Source: Oscillospiraceae bacterium (GTDB lineage Bacteria > Bacillota > Clostridia > Oscillospirales > CAG-272). Taken from it: a stretch of 64,000 nucleotides of DNA. The notes beneath the pieces were generated by a model that saw nothing but the letters and a program-made list of their open reading frames with translations, was not told the DNA's origin and did not search any database. Each line of letters starts with the position of its first letter. Positions within the stretch are counted from its first letter, which is position 1. This document shows, piece by piece, positions 62,564-64,000 of the stretch. The translations under genes and the position numbers were made by a program. The stretch covers positions 22,120-86,119 of the forward strand of contig SVSJ01000004.1 in assembly GCA_015064355.1 (NCBI GenBank). Reading direction: 5' to 3'.

Positions 62564-64000
62564 TTACTCGGACTTCTTGTACTCTGCAGAGAGGTCGTTG
62601 TTGTTCTGAGCAACGAATTCAGCCCATTCAGCGTCTGTGTACTGAACTTCCATGTATCTGATACCACCGAAGCCCATGAATGTGTGTTCGTCTGCGGAGA
62701 AGTAAGAGAACTTAGCACCGAGGAAGGATCCACCACCGTCAGCGATAAGCATTACGGAGCGGGATTCCTTAATTGTGAGTTCTTCGAGAGCGGAGAGGAT
62801 CATAAGTCTTGCTTCTGTAGGAGCAAAGCCTGCGCCCCAGTTGTATGTCTTAGGCTGATTTTCAGTTCCAGCAAGACCGTTGAGGCAGTAGAACCAGTTC
62901 TGTACGCTCATGGTGATAGTTTCGCCAGCACCATCATAATCGCCTGCAGGCATTGTGAGAGTCATATCGATAGCGGAAGTATCCCAGTACATATGGTAGT
63001 TGAGGTCGTCATCGGGGTTAACGAATGCGCCGATGATGTCGAAGGGGTTAAATGCGTTACCGGAGAAACCGTAACCGAAACCGATCTGAGTTGCACCAGT
63101 ACGGAATGCTTCTGCCCACTGTGCGCCAGCAGATGCATCGAATACTACGTCGATCTTGTCTTCGAGAGCTGTACCAACTGTGAGGTCGTCAAGAACTTCC
63201 TGGAGGTAGGTTGCTCTGAATCTCTGCTTATCGGTATCAGAAGAAGAACCGTAAACGAGAGTGATGTTCTTTGTAGGATCGTAGCCATACTCTTCGGGGT
63301 TAGCGAGGAGGATGTCAATAGCAGCCTTCATCTTTTCCTTAGCAACTACAGGGTTGTAACCTGTGAGTGCGTCGTAAGCGTCGTCTGTTTCGAGACCAAC
63401 GAGATCGCCGCTGGACCAGAGGCCGTCAGCACCCTGTTCGAAGCCGTAAGCGCGGAGGATACCTTCCTTAGCGATTGTGGTGTTACGATACTGACCACCG
63501 TCTTCGAGTTCAGGAGAGTTTTCGATGTCATAGTAGTAAGCTACGTTAAGGAGACCGAAGCAAGGAACGGAAGAACCGGGCCAGATCTTTTCAACGATGT
63601 CGCTTCTGTTGAGAGCGAGGTTGAATGCATGTCTGAATTCCTGGATAGCAAGGATACCGTTGTTGTTTTCGCTTTCCTTAAGCTTAGCGAGGTTGGAGTA
63701 AAGCTGCATACCGAATGTACCTGTGGAGGTAGAGGTGAAGTATACATACTTGGAGTCAAGGTATTCACCTACGTTTTCGGTCTGGAGAGATGCGTCGTCA
63801 TAAGAACCGTTAAGGAAGCCCATCCACTTTGTAGCGAATTCTTCAACCTTACGGCAGTTGATAGCGGTAATGTTGTACTGGTTCTTGTACTGTTCAAGAC
63901 CCCAACCGTACCAGTTTTCGTTCTTAACGAGCTTATAGTGAGAACCTGCTTCAAACTCTACGAGCTTGTAGGGACCCCAGCTTGCTGTTGTTTCGAGAGA
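62564..64000 (-). CDS. oppA: Family-5 (OppA/DppA-like) substrate-binding protein; 5' end lies outside the window
   Basis: The frame stays open from 63823 to the window edge; my translation of 63824-64000 gives SLETTASWGPYKLVEFEAGSHYKLVKNENWYG..., a typical SBP_bac_5 block. The listed Met at 63823 is therefore internal. Confidence 0.85.
   Translation of the reverse strand, partial: SLETTASWGPYKLVEFEAGSHYKLVKNENWYGWGLEQYKNQYNITAINCRKVEEFATKWMGFLNGSYDDASLQTENVGEYLDSKYVYFTSTSTGTFGMQLYSNLAKLKESENNNGILAIQEFRHAFNLALNRSDIVEKIWPGSSVPCFGLLNVAYYYDIENSPELEDGGQYRNTTIAKEGILRAYGFEQGADGLWSSGDLVGLETDDAYDALTGYNPVVAKEKMKAAIDILLANPEEYGYDPTKNITLVYGSSSDTDKQRFRATYLQEVLDDLTVGTALEDKIDVVFDASAGAQWAEAFRTGATQIGFGYGFSGNAFNPFDIIGAFVNPDDDLNYHMYWDTSAIDMTLTMPAGDYDGAGETITMSVQNWFYCLNGLAGTENQPKTYNWGAGFAPTEARLMILSALEELTIKESRSVMLIADGGGSFLGAKFSYFSADEHTFMGFGGIRYMEVQYTDAEWAEFVAQNNNDLSAEYKKSE

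Noticed and set aside
1-64000. Search for CRISPR arrays, tRNA/rRNA genes, transposases, integrases, prophage or plasmid modules
   Set aside because: No regularly spaced direct repeats, no cloverleaf-like or rRNA-like segments noticed in the gaps, and no ORF with recombinase, transposase or phage structural motifs. The only repeats are the short hairpin clusters reported above.

Overview
64-kb chromosomal segment. Gene content, lipoprotein signal peptides, a T-box leader and many TGnTATAAT-type promoters suggest a saccharolytic, anaerobic Firmicute (Clostridia-like); this is inference only. I saw no rRNA or tRNA genes, CRISPR arrays, transposases, integrases or phage genes. About 50 CDS are supported, and 37 of them lie on the minus strand.

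Blocks in order:
1. 0.1-5.4 kb: a lipoprotein alkaline phosphatase and two tandem CotH-like lipoprotein paralogs.
2. 5.6-12.7 kb: hup, a nitroreductase, a DUF853/HerA-like ATPase, a GH36-like alpha-galactosidase, a MATE pump and an S51 peptidase.
3. 12.9-29.4 kb: an 11-gene, single-strand glycan locus. It mixes starch/maltodextrin enzymes (GH77 MalQ, pullulanase, GH13 amylase) with two GH53 galactanases and a MalEFG/MsmX-type ABC importer. It also holds an unassignable 601-aa protein and an 86-aa zinc-ribbon protein that are translationally coupled to a GH53 gene.
4. A divergent, membrane-anchored MerR regulator.
5. A flavin-reductase/GNAT/cyclase operon.
6. A BMP-family (nucleoside-type) ABC importer.
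7. An orphan 636-aa cytoplasmic protein.
8. A five-gene O2/metal operon: multidomain flavodiiron protein, ferritin, rubredoxin, BFD-like ferredoxin and a ZIP transporter.
9. ldhA and an orphan trpB under a Trp-specific T-box.
10. An arabinose kinase-araA-araD operon.
11. An XpaC-like protein, a TIM-barrel isomerase, and a BlaI repressor paired with a nuclease-like protein.
12. An Opp-type ABC operon in which OppC, OppD and OppF carry large extra domains.

The most unusual items are the expanded Opp transporter, the unknown 601-aa + zinc-ribbon + GH53 coupled trio, and the BlaI/nuclease-like pair without a BlaR sensor. Also notable are a membrane-tethered MerR behind a 19-bp-spacer promoter and a family of hairpin-dense GC-rich intergenic elements. 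All functional calls come from motif recognition by eye. No database search was run.
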